From Patescibacteria group bacterium (lineage in GTDB: Bacteria > Patescibacteriota > Patescibacteriia > Patescibacteriales > UBA12465): 64,000 nucleotides of DNA. Location: positions 9,147 through 73,146 of the forward strand of contig JBAZZR010000002.1 of NCBI GenBank assembly GCA_041658665.1, given 5' to 3'. A program made the position numbers and the translations under genes. Below, piece after piece: positions 10,601 to 20,157 of the stretch. The notes below the pieces were generated by a model. It was not told the origin of the DNA, did not search any database, and saw only the letters and a program-made list of their open reading frames with translations. The stretch's first letter is position 1; each line of letters begins with the position of its first letter.

Positions 10601-11298
10601 ATAATATTAGCGCAAGATGAACAATGCATCCCGAAAAGCGACAAACTAATTCTCTGGTTAGTGTTTTGTCCAGTTAGCGATTCCTTTTCCTTAACACCGC
10701 TAACGACCAAAGAAGGTGCCACTGATTTATTCGATTTATCATTAATACTACCACCAGACAATAATTCAAATAGACGAGCGATACTGACCGTCTTACCGAG
10801 CTGTCCAACTAAACGCTCAATCTCGGGACGATTTTCAGGAATGACAAACTCCGCTGAATGATTATTATTAATCACCCCTTCAAAATAAGTTTTTCCCTGA
10901 TCATTTTCCATAACTCGTCCTTCCGCCGCCGTTTTAGTTTCTAATTTTACACGCAGCGGTTCCGTATTCTTGGAATAACGGCTAGAAATATTAACCTCTT
11001 TTTTTTCTGGCGCTGTTTCCTCGGCCTGTCTATCTTTATTTTCTTCATCAAGAGAATTCGTCTTCATATCTACTGCCATCTCCGACTGGACCTTAGCCTG
11101 ATAACCGGCCTTATTAATAGCCCTTACGACCGCCGCTAAATTATTTTTCTCTTCATCAAGAATTAATTCGGCCGCCGCTTTTGACGAACTAACCGTAATA
11201 TCGCTTAATCCCGGTAAATCCGCCAGTTCCGCTTTAATTAAAGTCTCACAAGAAGAACAATGCATTCCTTCTATCTTCAATAGTATTTTCTTAATCAT
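7636..11298 (-). CDS. copA: copper-translocating P1B-type ATPase with two N-terminal HMA domains and a ~270-aa C-terminal extension
   Basis: GMHCSSC present twice, CPC motif ([12 protein letters not shown]), [15 protein letters not shown]. An extra TM helix and a duplicated module follow the normal end of the core ([10 protein letters not shown]). Confidence 0.9.
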   Translation of the reverse strand: MIKKILLKIEGMHCSSCETLIKAELADLPGLSDITVSSSKAAAELILDEEKNNLAAVVRAINKAGYQAKVQSEMAVDMKTNSLDEENKDRQAEETAPEKKEVNISSRYSKNTEPLRVKLETKTAAEGRVMENDQGKTYFEGVINNNHSAEFVIPENRPEIERLVGQLGKTVSIARLFELLSGGSINDKSNKSVAPSLVVSGVKEKESLTGQNTNQRISLSLFGMHCSSCANIIERSLKKVPGVSQANVNFAAEKANIVYDETQVKLPAFLEAIAKAGYKAELVDTKDNDYDRRKREQEIKFYFKKFWFSFTLSLPMLYFMLLDFFAIPGQAAVLPWVGIVSLILTTPVQFIIGAGFYKGMWSALKMKTFNMDSLIAIGTSTAYLYSLINFINYFIKTQSVLGLNGKIPELYFETAAFLITFVILGKWLEIRTKGKTGDAIKKLMGLQAKTARVIRNGSTLDIAIDEVIHGDIVLVRPGEKIPVDGQIVKGSSAVDESMISGESLPVEKKVGDKVVGATINKTGSFEFKVTSVGSETVLAQIIRLVEEAQGSKAPIQGFADRISAVFVPTVIGLAIITFLVWYFFLGASLSFALMAFTSVIVIACPCALGLATPTSLMVGTGKGAEYGILIKGGEPLEAACHIKTIVFDKTGTLTYGRPEVTDIIAFENLEEEEILAIAASLEKLSEHPLAEAIYTHANQESISLDEVTDFSAIAGHGVKGLIDKVEYYFGNRRLVTDILGHSIDKLNRKLIKLEEAGKTAMILATKEKILGVIAVADTVKASSSEAITRLKKLGLTVYMITGDNERTAKAIASQVGITNVLAEVLPEDKASEVRKLQAGGNKVAMVGDGINDAPALAQADLGIAMGSGTDVAMETGGIVIMKNDLNDVVSAFQLSRETMSKIKQNMFFALFYNVIGIPIAARLFIKFGLVLKPELAGLAMAMSSISVVGNSLLLRYFKPNKRNYLSLIAPVVMVIVFTLAFLEFARLSSGMETGGSTAIVSVKTASALNTFVAGNETKINFGDDNPKLFLGVDSLPDLVKIQEGVSVLGDNEMIIGYDEAMMMKKENLIKGPGDSLTDFFGLATVKIVGILEPTGTLVDNYHLVNKATLAKMTRVANLKVIVEEAGVDIFYQGDKNSLPEKLKNNISNFDIIVLSNRQYFPVYIGFSDAQMMIKEKEFSKVGDIVEDFSGQSAIIAGIMPKTDTVLDQMHFVGPTFEFQP

Positions 11299-11302
11299 AT
11301 AG

Positions 11303-11509
11303 TTATTTAATAATTGAATAAGGGGTGCCCACCAAACTTTTAGCTAAAACATCTAAGTCGAGATTATCCGCGCCAGAAATCCTAGTTTCACCGCTAGCTA
11401 AATCAATATTGACTTCAGCTACCTCCGGCACTTTTTTTAAATAATTACTAGCTAGTTTAACACAAGCCGAACAAGTTAAACCTGCTAATTGAAAAGTTAT
11501 TATCTTCAT
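11303..11509 (-). CDS. copZ: heavy-metal-associated (HMA) copper chaperone
   Basis: 68 aa with GLTCSAC metal-binding motif, adjacent to copA. Confidence 0.8.
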   Translation of the reverse strand: MKIITFQLAGLTCSACVKLASNYLKKVPEVAEVNIDLASGETRISGADNLDLDVLAKSLVGTPYSIIK

Positions 11510-11528
11510 AATTTTAATAAATAATTAA

Positions 11529-13376
11529 TTATTCGACGATAACCGAACCGTAATTAATCATCCCCATACTACAAGTAATGTCGTAAGAACCGGGCGTAGT
11601 CGGGGTAAATTCCATCGTAATCGGCGTTCCCGCTCGTAATGGCACAACTTCATCATACAGTTGAGGAATGGTAATCGCGTAGCCGCAACCGCTACCGCTA
11701 TCGCGCACATCAATTTCGAGTCTAACTTTCGTCCCCGCCTTAACTTTAAAAATGGCTGGATCAAGATATTTAGCATCCGTATAAGTTGTCTTGATAATCT
11801 GAACCGCCTCTTGGCCAGAAACAGCTTGAGTCGTTGCTACGGCCACTGGACTAGAATCTATATTAGTTGGCCTTTTACCGCCGCCGCCACAACCACAGCC
11901 GCCGCCGCCCGTGCCACAAGTTCCGCCGCTATTACCACTAGCTATGGCCGCCGGAATAGCCGTAATATCAGCATTACTATTATTAACACTAGCGGGAATA
12001 TCACCACTAAAAACATCAAATACCCCGGTATACATTCCCATAGAACAAGAGAAAGGTAATTGACCAGATTCCGTTGGCGTAAATTCAATAATATTTTCCC
12101 CGGCCTTTAAAAACTTCTGAATCTTTAATTTAGGAATAAGGAGAACACTAGCACAAGAATAAGGCGCTTTCGCTTCAATAATCCATTTAACTGGCACGCC
12201 CTGCTTAATAGAAAACTGATTAGGCGAATAACCGCTATTAGTTTCCGTCATGCGGACAACCTGGACGCCGTTCTCTAGAGTCACATTAGGATCCTTATTA
12301 ATTCCTGAGGACTGTTTAACTCCGGCACTACCTAAAAAACCGGCGCTTAAACTCGCTAAAGTATAACCATTATTAAGGTTAAATAAAGCAAAAAATATTA
12401 CCGCTAAACCAGCAACTTTAAAAAACCGTTCTTTAAAAGAACCTTTAATTAAAGAAGTCAGACCGCCGATACTTAAAAGTCCTGGCGCCGTACCAAGAGC
12501 AAAGAGACCCATAACTAAAGCACCAGATCCAAAATTACCGGTACTAATTGCGTAAAGCTGCATCGCTTGAGTAAAGCCGCAGGGCAAGAAAAATGTTAGC
12601 GCCCCCATTAACATCGCCTTCTCATGACTATAAACCTCATGCTTGCGACTAGCTCCTAAGGCTCTACTAATCCCTTTTGGCAAAGATAATTTAAACTTAT
12701 TCAAACGCGGAAAAATATTAATGAGCTGTAAACCCATAACGAGCATTACTACCCCGACTAGCAGGGTCAGCAAACCATTAGCCAAAGGCGACAGCTGAAA
12801 AACCGTGCCGAGAACGCCGAGTAAACCGCCTAGAAAAGCATAAGATAAAATGCGGCCGATAGTGAAAAAAATATGCGGCCGAAATTTTTCCGCTGGCGTC
12901 GCCGTCGGATGATGTTCTACGAACTTAGTTGATAAGCCTAGAACTAACCCGCCGACTAAAGCCATACAAGTTGAAAAACCAGCCACGAGTCCGATAACAA
13001 TAATCAAACCAAAACTCGGATTACTAATATTAGGCGTGAGATTAATATTAGTCAGACCTAGACCTCTAAGAACAAGGTACAGGGCCATGAGCATTAAAAA
13101 AGCTACTCCGAGACTAGCGTATTCGCGCTTATCACGAGTAAGAAAAGGAAGCTCGTCCGTGGTGCCGACTTCGTAGCCGGCTTCAGCAATCGCTTGCTTA
13201 ATGAGATTCATATCTGGCGCACTATTCTTATAATGAATAGTCGCCTCGCCCGTTTTATAGTTTAAAGCTGCTGACTGAACCGACGCGAGCGCTTGAAGTT
13301 TTTCTTCGATCAAAATTTCACAAGAGCGGCAGTGCATACCCCGAATGGGTACTTTTAAATATTTATTATGAGACAT
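11529..13376 (-). CDS. HMA domain - polytopic DsbD_2/TauE-like membrane domain - two cupredoxin-like domains
   Basis: N-terminal GMHCRSC. Membrane Cys motifs GFSTCMAL and FFLPCGF. Two C-terminal beta domains each end in CSMGM, joined by a GGTCGTGGGGCGCGGGG linker. Confidence 0.7.
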   Translation of the reverse strand: MSHNKYLKVPIRGMHCRSCEILIEEKLQALASVQSAALNYKTGEATIHYKNSAPDMNLIKQAIAEAGYEVGTTDELPFLTRDKREYASLGVAFLMLMALYLVLRGLGLTNINLTPNISNPSFGLIIVIGLVAGFSTCMALVGGLVLGLSTKFVEHHPTATPAEKFRPHIFFTIGRILSYAFLGGLLGVLGTVFQLSPLANGLLTLLVGVVMLVMGLQLINIFPRLNKFKLSLPKGISRALGASRKHEVYSHEKAMLMGALTFFLPCGFTQAMQLYAISTGNFGSGALVMGLFALGTAPGLLSIGGLTSLIKGSFKERFFKVAGLAVIFFALFNLNNGYTLASLSAGFLGSAGVKQSSGINKDPNVTLENGVQVVRMTETNSGYSPNQFSIKQGVPVKWIIEAKAPYSCASVLLIPKLKIQKFLKAGENIIEFTPTESGQLPFSCSMGMYTGVFDVFSGDIPASVNNSNADITAIPAAIASGNSGGTCGTGGGGCGCGGGGKRPTNIDSSPVAVATTQAVSGQEAVQIIKTTYTDAKYLDPAIFKVKAGTKVRLEIDVRDSGSGCGYAITIPQLYDEVVPLRAGTPITMEFTPTTPGSYDITCSMGMINYGSVIVE

Positions 13377-13400
13377 AAAAATTGATTACTATTAATTAGA

Positions 13401-13438
13401 TAAAAAACCTCACTCGCTTAGTTTAAAAGCGAGTCAGG
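13401..13438 (-). terminator. hairpin plus T-run between the 155-aa gene and the 615-aa gene (terminator/attenuator)
   Basis: cctcactcgct/agcgagtcagg stem (10 bp, 1 mismatch), followed on the minus strand by TTTTTT. Only about 24 nt remain before the next start codon. Confidence 0.55.
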
Positions 13439-13457
13439 CCACTTAATAATAATCAGT

Positions 13458-13925
13458 CTACAAGCGAAGAACAGTCGAATTGAGCGCTAATAATTCCGGG
13501 GGCGGAATTAAAATAGGTTGATAAACAAAAGTTTTAAAAATAGTAGACGGAATTTGAGCGGGAATAAATATAATAACCGCGGCGAGCTTTTCGTTTCCTC
13601 CAGACTGGGAAAACGTCGCTAAACTACTATGAGCGCCGTCTAAACAACAGGGCAAAATATTTTTAGAGGAATGAGAAACCGGCCTATTATTCCGCTGGGG
13701 AGCCGACTCGACGCTGGAAATTTCTTTCGGCGGGTAAGTTTTTTGATCTTTGCCACAAACCGCCATATTATCCCCTGATTTGTTATCATTAGACTCGTCA
13801 ATGGCCGCTGACGCCGCCTCTATTTTCCAAACATTAAATAAAGCTTCAAAACAAAAACCGCTGCTTAAATGAAAAGCCGTAACTAATAAGACGAGGGCAA
13901 TAATTTTAATAAAATATTTTGACAC
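13458..13925 (-). CDS. membrane-anchored Cys/His-containing orphan in the cop operon
   Basis: 155-aa ORF with an N-terminal TM anchor and an LPCCLDGAHSS motif. Located between csoR and the metal-handling genes. Confidence 0.45.
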   Translation of the reverse strand: MSKYFIKIIALVLLVTAFHLSSGFCFEALFNVWKIEAASAAIDESNDNKSGDNMAVCGKDQKTYPPKEISSVESAPQRNNRPVSHSSKNILPCCLDGAHSSLATFSQSGGNEKLAAVIIFIPAQIPSTIFKTFVYQPILIPPPELLALNSTVLRL

Positions 13926-13946
13926 TGGTTGGTCGTAATTAAAAAA

Positions 13947-14225
13947 TTAATTAGTTTTACGAAAAACTTCCATTAACTCCGCGAGCGCCTTGTCTTTCCC
14001 ATTAGTCTTAATCGCCCGGACCACACAATGACTAATATGATTCTTAAGCAGGACTTCTTCCGCTTTCTTAATAGCGCTTTTAACCGCAGCGGTTTGTTGA
14101 AGAATATCAATACAGTAAACATCGCTTTCGACCATATCAATAACCTTCCGCAAATGACCATCCACGATTTTCAGGCGACGCGCGACGTCCTGTTTAGAAT
14201 TAAGCTTAGCTGGCTTCCTAGTCAT
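13947..14225 (-). CDS. csoR: CsoR/RcnR-family metal-sensing transcriptional repressor
   Basis: 92 aa with LKIVDGHLRKVIDMVESDVYCIDILQQTAAVKSAIKK...HISHCV, carrying the C-H-C ligand pattern typical of CsoR. Confidence 0.85.
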   Translation of the reverse strand: MTRKPAKLNSKQDVARRLKIVDGHLRKVIDMVESDVYCIDILQQTAAVKSAIKKAEEVLLKNHISHCVVRAIKTNGKDKALAELMEVFRKTN

Positions 14226-14257
14226 AATTAATTAAATATTTCGGTCTCTATTAAATA

Positions 14258-14278
14258 TCCACACCCCTAGGGGGAGGA
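14258..14278. promoter_or_regulatory. putative CsoR operator (GC-tract pseudo-palindrome)
   Basis: tccaca-CCCCTAGGGG-gagga. The perfect 10-bp palindrome is at 14264-14273, just downstream of the -10 box of the csoR promoter. Confidence 0.6.
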
Positions 14279-14285
14279 TGCTAGT

Positions 14286-14314
14286 ATTATATCCCTAATT
14301 AAAAAAAGTGTCAA
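14286..14314 (-). promoter_or_regulatory. sigma-70-type promoter of the csoR/cop operon
   Basis: The minus strand reads TTGACA (14309-14314), a 17-nt spacer, then TATAAT (14286-14291). Both hexamers match consensus. Confidence 0.6.
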
Positions 14315-14318
14315 AAAG

Positions 14319-15554
14319 TTACTCCGCCCCAACCGCGGCGCCGACCGCCTGGCCGGTACTCCAGGCCAACTGTAAATTATAACCGCCGGTTGGCCCCACT
14401 AAATCCAAGATTTCCCCCGCGATAAATAAATTAGAAATTATTTTAGAACGCAACGTACGCGAGTCGACTTCTTTTAAATCGACGCCGCCGCCCGTCGCCA
14501 TCGCCCGCTCATAGCCGGCGATAGCTTGAACTGTTAAATTAAGCTTTTTCATTAAACCAACCAAACGTTCTCGCTCTACTCGATTAAGCGAATTAGCTAA
14601 TTTATTACTACTAAACCCCGCTAAATTTAAAAGGGTCTCCGCTAAACGTAGCGGCACAAGGCCTTCTAGACTATTCTTCAAAAATTTATTATTACCCATT
14701 AGATCCGCTTGCAAACGCCGCGCTAAGTCATCTGACAAATACTGGGGTTGTAAATCTAGCGCTATTTGCCAATCAGCCGTCCGGTTAAAATCAATATAAC
14801 GACTAAGATTTAAAACCGCCGGTCCACTCAAACCAACGGCCGTAAAAATTATCGGTCCGCTTTCTTGCGCTATTTTTTTCCCTCGACAAAATAAACGTAA
14901 AGCGACCGTTTCTAAACTTAACCCCTCTAAATCTTTAACAAACTTTTCTTTAACTAAAATAGACCCGAGCGCCGGCCGCAGCGGTATAATCGTGTGGCCG
15001 AATTCTTGCAACCACTGATAGCCGTCGCCGCTAGAACCGGTCGCTGGATAAGATAAGCCGCCGGTCGCGAGCAAATAATTAACCGCCGCTATTTTTTGAC
15101 CACTGGACAAGATAAGACCCGTTATTTTTTTCTTAGCGAAAATAAATTTCTGAACGGGGTCGCCGGTCAGAATCAGGCCGCCGGAGCGTTTAACTCCGTC
15201 TACTAAAATATTTAAAACGTCGACCGCTCGATCACTCTGCGGAAAAACCTGGTTATCTTTTTCAATTTTAATTTTTAAACCGCGACTAGTAAAAAAATCA
15301 ATCGTTTCTGAGACGCCGAAACGACTAAAAGCCGAGAGTAAAAAACGACCAGCCGAGCCAAAACTGGCCGCGAGTTTATGATAATCCGGAATATTATTAG
15401 TAATATTGCAACGCCCCCCGCCGGTCATCAGTAATTTAAGCCCTAAACGTTCATTCTTTTCAATAAGAATAACCTTCTGGCCAGACTCGCCGGCGCGTAG
15501 CGCGGCCATTAATCCGGCCGGACCGCCACCGATTATCGCTAAATCGTATTTCAT
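14319..15554 (-). CDS. NAD(P)/FAD-dependent oxidoreductase, HI0933/YhiN (BaiN-like) family
   Basis: N-terminal YDLAIIGGGPAGLMAA dinucleotide fold; length and C-terminal GGYNLQ motif are typical of the family. Confidence 0.8.
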   Translation of the reverse strand: MKYDLAIIGGGPAGLMAALRAGESGQKVILIEKNERLGLKLLMTGGGRCNITNNIPDYHKLAASFGSAGRFLLSAFSRFGVSETIDFFTSRGLKIKIEKDNQVFPQSDRAVDVLNILVDGVKRSGGLILTGDPVQKFIFAKKKITGLILSSGQKIAAVNYLLATGGLSYPATGSSGDGYQWLQEFGHTIIPLRPALGSILVKEKFVKDLEGLSLETVALRLFCRGKKIAQESGPIIFTAVGLSGPAVLNLSRYIDFNRTADWQIALDLQPQYLSDDLARRLQADLMGNNKFLKNSLEGLVPLRLAETLLNLAGFSSNKLANSLNRVERERLVGLMKKLNLTVQAIAGYERAMATGGGVDLKEVDSRTLRSKIISNLFIAGEILDLVGPTGGYNLQLAWSTGQAVGAAVGAE

Positions 15555-15603
15555 AATTAAATCATGTAATTAAAAATACAGAACGGCTTCTGTATTTTTA
15601 TGT

Positions 15604-15677
15604 TGGCACGGGATGAGGGAATCGAACCCCCGCTAGAAGTTTTGGAGACTCCTGTACTACCACTATACGAATCCCGC
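15604..15677 (-). tRNA. tRNA-Trp (anticodon CCA), CCA end encoded
   Basis: Hand-folded cloverleaf: acceptor GCGGGAT/ATCCCGT, anticodon loop CTCCAAA, T-arm GGGGG-TTCGATT-CCCTC. Confidence 0.9.
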
Positions 15678-15748
15678 TTACTAAAACTTTATTATAAAGA
15701 CGAATAATATTTTTAGCAATACTTAACAATGCTTTAAACCGCGCCCTA

Positions 15749-16279
15749 TTAATAAGTCTCTACCCAAACTTCGAAATAACCTTGAACGTGTAGACAAGCC
15801 GGACAAACTTTCGGCGGCTCCGTCCCCTCATAAATCGCGCCACAATTCAAACATTTCCATTTTTTCACTTCCGGTTTTTTAAAAACTTCACCCTTTTCTA
15901 AATTAGCTAATAATTTACGATAACGGGCCTCATGCGCTTTTTCAACTTCGCCGATTTCCTTAAATAATTTAGCAATATCCGGATGCCCCTCTTCAAGCGC
16001 ATCTTTTTCCATCATTGGATACATAGTCGTATTTTCGTAATTCTCGCCGGCCACTGCCGCTTTTAAATTTTCGGCCAAATCCGGGCTAATAATTCCCAAC
16101 TGTTTAGCCCAAATCTTCGCGTGTTCCTTTTCGTTTAAAGCGGTCTCCGTAAAAAAATTAGCGATCTGCTCGTAACCGGCTTTACGGAAAACCGAAGCAA
16201 AATAATCATATTTATTACGAGCCATTGATTCGCCGGCAAAAGCGTCTTCTAAATTTTTTTTAGTTTTTACGCCTAACAT
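15749..16279 (-). CDS. rbr: rubrerythrin
   Basis: Ferritin-like diiron E..H motifs plus a C-terminal rubredoxin-like CLNCG...CPACLH. Confidence 0.9.
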   Translation of the reverse strand: MLGVKTKKNLEDAFAGESMARNKYDYFASVFRKAGYEQIANFFTETALNEKEHAKIWAKQLGIISPDLAENLKAAVAGENYENTTMYPMMEKDALEEGHPDIAKLFKEIGEVEKAHEARYRKLLANLEKGEVFKKPEVKKWKCLNCGAIYEGTEPPKVCPACLHVQGYFEVWVETY

Positions 16280-16412
16280 AATTTTATTACTTCCCTAAAA
16301 ATCTGTACTCTAATTTTTAGACAAGCCTTAAATTTATTTAACTAGTTTAAATACTTACCTTCTAAACTGATCTTCTAATTCCTAGCCTAATTCCCGGCTC
16401 TATGACCCATGT

Positions 16413-17486
16413 TTATTTTTCTGGCCGCGGTGTCTCATTCTCTAATAAATCACAAAACTCCATCTCATAAATATGAAACACGGTGACCGCCAAGGCGACT
16501 ACGAGCGGGCCAATGATAACGCCCCAAAAACCGAAGATAGCAATGCCGCCTAAAATAGCAAATAACACAAAAATTGGATTAATCTCGGCCTTATCCTTAA
16601 TCATGTAAGCAATAATAATATTATCAACCGTGCCAATTAGTAAGAAGCCCCAAATTAGAATAAAAACCCCCTGCCAAATAGCGCCACTTAGAATATAATA
16701 AATACCTAGAGGAACATAAAATAACGCCGAACCGATATAAGGCAAAAATGATAGAACGCCGATAATTACTCCGGCCAAAAAAGCCGGAAAACCAATGATT
16801 GCGAAACCCAGGGCGCCGATCAAACCCTGAGAAATAGCGGCCACAAAAGTCGAAATAAAAGTCGTCCGACTGACGGTTTGAAATTTTTCAAACAATTCGT
16901 GGTTATATCTTTCCGGTAAAGGCAGAAGATGCTTCAAGCGCTCTAACATTTCTTTCCCGTTAATAAAAAAGAAAAACATCGTCGCGATTATCAAAATTAA
17001 AGAAAAAATAAAATTAGTCGTTTCTTTTATAGCCACCGTCGCTAAAGCGATTAGCCAATCACTTAAATTTTTAAAAGCGTCTAACAGGGCGTTCTGCAAA
17101 GCGCCGCTCCGTAAATCGTAACCCTCGAAATAACGCAGTAATTTAGTCGGGACTACTCCGGATCGCAACCAACCATTAAGATCATTAGTACTAAAAAATT
17201 CTACGGCCTCGTTATAGGCGATGACTGATTGACTAGCGGCGTAGGCGACGATATTAATGGCGGGGATAATGACGATAACTAGTAACAATAAACACATAAG
17301 GCCAGCCGCTATTTTCCGACGGCCTTTTAATAATTTAGTAAAACGAACGAAAAGACCGTAGAAAACCGAAGCCAAAATAGCGGCGACAAAGATTTCCGTC
17401 AAAAATGGTTTAAAAATCCAGTAACAGGCAATAATCACTAAAACTACCAAAATGAGAATAAAGGGTTTAGCTAAATTTTTAGGCAT
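16413..17486 (-). CDS. AI-2E (PerM) family transporter
   Basis: 357 aa, about 8 TM helices, typical family length and C-terminal GGIAIFGFWGVIIGP region. Confidence 0.8.
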   Translation of the reverse strand: MPKNLAKPFILILVVLVIIACYWIFKPFLTEIFVAAILASVFYGLFVRFTKLLKGRRKIAAGLMCLLLLVIVIIPAINIVAYAASQSVIAYNEAVEFFSTNDLNGWLRSGVVPTKLLRYFEGYDLRSGALQNALLDAFKNLSDWLIALATVAIKETTNFIFSLILIIATMFFFFINGKEMLERLKHLLPLPERYNHELFEKFQTVSRTTFISTFVAAISQGLIGALGFAIIGFPAFLAGVIIGVLSFLPYIGSALFYVPLGIYYILSGAIWQGVFILIWGFLLIGTVDNIIIAYMIKDKAEINPIFVLFAILGGIAIFGFWGVIIGPLVVALAVTVFHIYEMEFCDLLENETPRPEK

Positions 17487-17522
17487 ATAATTAAAGCCGA
17501 CTACTCGGCTTATAATTAGTTG

Positions 17523-17720
17523 TTATTTAGTTTCTTTATGCGGCGTATTCTTTTTACAAAGCTTACAATATTTAGATAGCTCTAAACGCTCTTTAATAAT
17601 CTTTTTGTTCTTGTGAGAATGGTGGGTGACTGTTTTACAAACCGTACACTCCATTTTAATCATGTTATCTTGCGACATAATTTTATTAATTAATTTAATC
17701 GTATTCTTACGCTTAAACAA
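17523..17720 (-). CDS. rpmG: 50S ribosomal protein L33 (true start probably at 17678, MSQDN...)
   Basis: ECTVCKTVTHHSHKNKK...RLELSKYCKLCKKNTPHKETK matches the L33 zinc-ribbon pattern. Confidence 0.85.
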   Translation of the reverse strand: MFKRKNTIKLINKIMSQDNMIKMECTVCKTVTHHSHKNKKIIKERLELSKYCKLCKKNTPHKETK

Positions 17721-17764
17721 TATAAAAAAAACAAATAAAAGTCAAATTTCTTGGCTTATTTAAC

Positions 17765-18679
17765 TTATTTCTGGCAATGTGCGCAGTAGTGAGTTCCCCG
17801 CCCGGCGAGCTTAACTTTTAAAATAGCGTGGCCGCAATGGCTACATTTCTCTTTCGTCCGGCCATAAACCTTTAAATAGCGAGAGAAATTTCCTGACCGA
17901 CCGGCGGAATCGCGATAATCGCTAAAAGTCGTGCCGCGATTTATGATCGCGAGCCTAATGATCCTTTGAATAGACTGCCAAAGCTTTTTAATTTCCGACG
18001 CCGTGAGAGAAGAAGCTAAACGGGTTGGTAAAATCCGAGCGGCGAAAAGTGATTCATCGACATAAATATTGCCGAGTCCGGCAATTAGTTTTTGATCTAA
18101 TAAAGCCGCCTTAATTTTTATTTTTTTATTTTTAAAAATACGTTGCAAGGCCGAAACGGTAAAGGCGGGAGTTAACGGTTCCGGCCCGTAGTTACGGGCG
18201 ATAAGATTATCTAATTCTAATTTAGAGCTTAATTTCAAATAACCAAATTTTCGTAAATCATTAAAAAATAAACGCCCACCGGCCTTAAAATAAAAAATCG
18301 CTCGGGTATACTTATTAGGTAAATCACGGCTGATATTACTACTCTTAGCTAAACTATGGCCGCCCGCCACGACTAATTTCTTACTCTGATAAATAAGCTG
18401 GCCGGTCATCTTAAGATGAATTAAAAGATAATCAAAGGCGACCGCCTTATTTTTCTTATTTACTCGGGTCGATTTTTTAAGGGGGCTCAGACGAAAAATT
18501 AAAAGTTTGCCGCGCCTATCGACTCCGAGAATACGGCGAGCGGCGAGCTCGCGCTTAAAAAAAGTCGTCCGTGGCCAAACCATTTTAGGAGATAAAATAT
18601 CGACCGACAAAAAACGGCGGCCAGTTAAGGCGGCCGCTAAATCGCGACGAATAGTTTCAACTTCAGGTAGTTCTGGCAT
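17765..18679 (-). CDS. mutM: formamidopyrimidine-DNA glycosylase (Fpg/MutM)
   Basis: N-terminal MPELPEVE, H2TH region, C-terminal zinc finger CSHCG...CAHCQ. Confidence 0.9.
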   Translation of the reverse strand: MPELPEVETIRRDLAAALTGRRFLSVDILSPKMVWPRTTFFKRELAARRILGVDRRGKLLIFRLSPLKKSTRVNKKNKAVAFDYLLIHLKMTGQLIYQSKKLVVAGGHSLAKSSNISRDLPNKYTRAIFYFKAGGRLFFNDLRKFGYLKLSSKLELDNLIARNYGPEPLTPAFTVSALQRIFKNKKIKIKAALLDQKLIAGLGNIYVDESLFAARILPTRLASSLTASEIKKLWQSIQRIIRLAIINRGTTFSDYRDSAGRSGNFSRYLKVYGRTKEKCSHCGHAILKVKLAGRGTHYCAHCQK

Positions 18680-18921
18680 AGCCTAAAGAGAAAATAAAAG
18701 AATGAGAATGATAATAATAACTATCAGTTCAACCGCAAAAATTTTGGCTAATCCGATACCCGGTTTGTCCGGATTAATTAAAGGCATATAATTTATCAAG
18801 TGGAGAGCCTGGTATGATTTGGGAACCTGGCTCGTTAATAATAGATACGTTGATATTATAGCTTTAGACAAATAAAAAAGGAAGTCTGATGTTCTGACTT
18901 CCTTTAAACCTGAGCGAAGAT

Positions 18922-19104
18922 TTAGACTTTTTTAGTTCCAAGAACTAACAAAATTATAGCCCCCCATAACATATATGTAATTTTATGGGCTACGCTTGCC
19001 CAAAGTGGCGCAACTGCAAATTTAATTCCAACCGTGTCATCAACAAGGGCCGTGACAATTGCGCCCAAAACGATGATAATTGCTAATAAAACTAATTTTT
19101 TCAT
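18922..19104 (-). CDS. small two-TM membrane protein
   Basis: 60-aa hydrophobic ORF followed by a hairpin plus T-run (about 18872-18905). Confidence 0.4.
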   Translation of the reverse strand: MKKLVLLAIIIVLGAIVTALVDDTVGIKFAVAPLWASVAHKITYMLWGAIILLVLGTKKV

Positions 19105-19450
19105 GACATTTGTCCTTTATGGTTAATAAATAATTATTTGATTAATTACTAAATCCGCATAAATTTACACGAACTTGGTAATTAACCAAATTTAACCTTA
19201 TTTGTGAATGTTCTATTTTAATGTTTATATAATATCATATTTATATTAAAATGTCAATAGTTTAACAGGTTTAGTACAAAATTACCTAAAAACACCAACA
19301 AAAATCACAAAATACGGAACTTAGCCTTGCATGCAAGATGGTGCAACATCGTTTTCGTATACTGATATCATAAAGATTCCTTTCTTTTCTCTAACTTATC
19401 TATTAAACAGGGAAAAATAAAAAGACCCCAAAATGGGAGTCTTGACTTAA

Positions 19451-19536
19451 GGTGGGCCGAGAAGGATTCGAACCTTCGAAGGCACAAGGCCAGCAGATTT
19501 ACAGTCTGCCCCAGTTGACCGCTTTGGTATCGACCC
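19451..19536 (-). tRNA. tRNA-Tyr (anticodon GTA), long variable arm
   Basis: Acceptor GGGTCGA/TCGGCCC, anticodon arm GCAGA-CTGTAAA-TCTGC, T-arm GAAGG-TTCGAAT-CCTTC. Confidence 0.9.
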
Positions 19537-19707
19537 GCAAAGAAAATTTAAAGAAAAAACGTTCGCTGACTTATCTAAGCTTATTTATGATAAAAAAAAT
19601 ACCAGTACTTGTCAAACTTTTTTAAGCTCTGTGCATCACGGCTCAATAAAAGTCAAAAAAATACCGATAAGAAAAACTAGGCTCAACTAATATTTCTAAA
19701 TAGCCGG

Positions 19708-20100
19708 CTAATTAGCCTTAGTTAAAGCGCTTAAGACTACTCTGACTAATGCATAGGACGAAAAGACAACGGCTAACCCAATCGCCGACCACATCAGTAT
19801 CCCCTCTCCTTGTTTTATTTTCTCAGCGTTACCAGAAGAAGTCATCCAAACTAAACCGCCATAAACGAACATAAGCAGGGCGATAGAACCGACCACACCC
19901 ATAACCGAATCAATAATTTTACCAATCAGCTGTTGCGGCGTACTCGCTACCCCAGCCAAAGGATTACAAAGTTGATTCACCCCGCATTTAGTCGTAGCCG
20001 GATCACCAATATTAGTATTTACCTGAGCTAAAACTAAAGATGGCGCTAATAAAAATAAACTAAAAATAGCTATGAGAACAATATTTTTAACTTTGCTCAT
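19708..20100 (-). CDS. TrbC/VirB2-like (T4SS-pilin-type) small membrane protein common in CPR
   Basis: Signal peptide ...SLVLAQV, a Cys pair in the exposed part, and two C-terminal TM helices (GSIALLMFVYGGLVWM, AIGLAVVFSSYALV). Confidence 0.65.
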   Translation of the reverse strand: MSKVKNIVLIAIFSLFLLAPSLVLAQVNTNIGDPATTKCGVNQLCNPLAGVASTPQQLIGKIIDSVMGVVGSIALLMFVYGGLVWMTSSGNAEKIKQGEGILMWSAIGLAVVFSSYALVRVVLSALTKAN

Positions 20101-20157
20101 ATTGATTATTTATTTAATTATATATTAATTATAACTTTTTATTTAGATAAAGGCAAT

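Noticed and set aside
8693-10861. Five 66-71-aa ORFs inside copA: four antisense (8693-8908, 9434-9634, 9896-10108, 10661-10861) and one same-strand, out-of-frame (10281-10481)
   Set aside because: These are shadow ORFs of a long, well-supported P-type ATPase gene with low-complexity translations. The same applies to other ORFs nested inside well-supported genes: antisense at 1162, 3055, 14028, 20498, 20913, 22478, 26544, 27363, 28699, 31223, 38236, 40192, 42583, 43708, 44856, 48081, 52211, 54380, 56407, 56658, 58515 and 63270; same-strand, out-of-frame at 13973, 20284, 21010, 58147 and 63595.
11558-12059. ORFs of 72 aa (minus strand, out of frame with the 615-aa gene) and 132 aa (+ strand, antisense) overlapping the GC-rich Gly/Cys linker region of that gene
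   Set aside because: They are artefacts of the GC-rich tract, with repetitive Ala/Thr/Arg translations. The 615-aa frame has clear domain signatures.
14255-14263. atatccaca resembling a DnaA box (TTATCCACA)
   Set aside because: It is a single imperfect copy embedded in the CsoR operator/promoter, with no cluster of boxes and no AT-rich unwinding element context.
18683-18871. 62-aa ORF downstream of mutM
   Set aside because: Only the last ~34 codons look like a TM peptide, and the start is uncertain. Not enough support to call.
19105-19450. 345-nt AT-rich non-coding gap with a 12-bp perfect palindrome CTTGCATGCAAG (19326-19337)
   Set aside because: No repeat structure, conserved RNA motif or ORF could be supported. 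Probably a promoter/spacer region.
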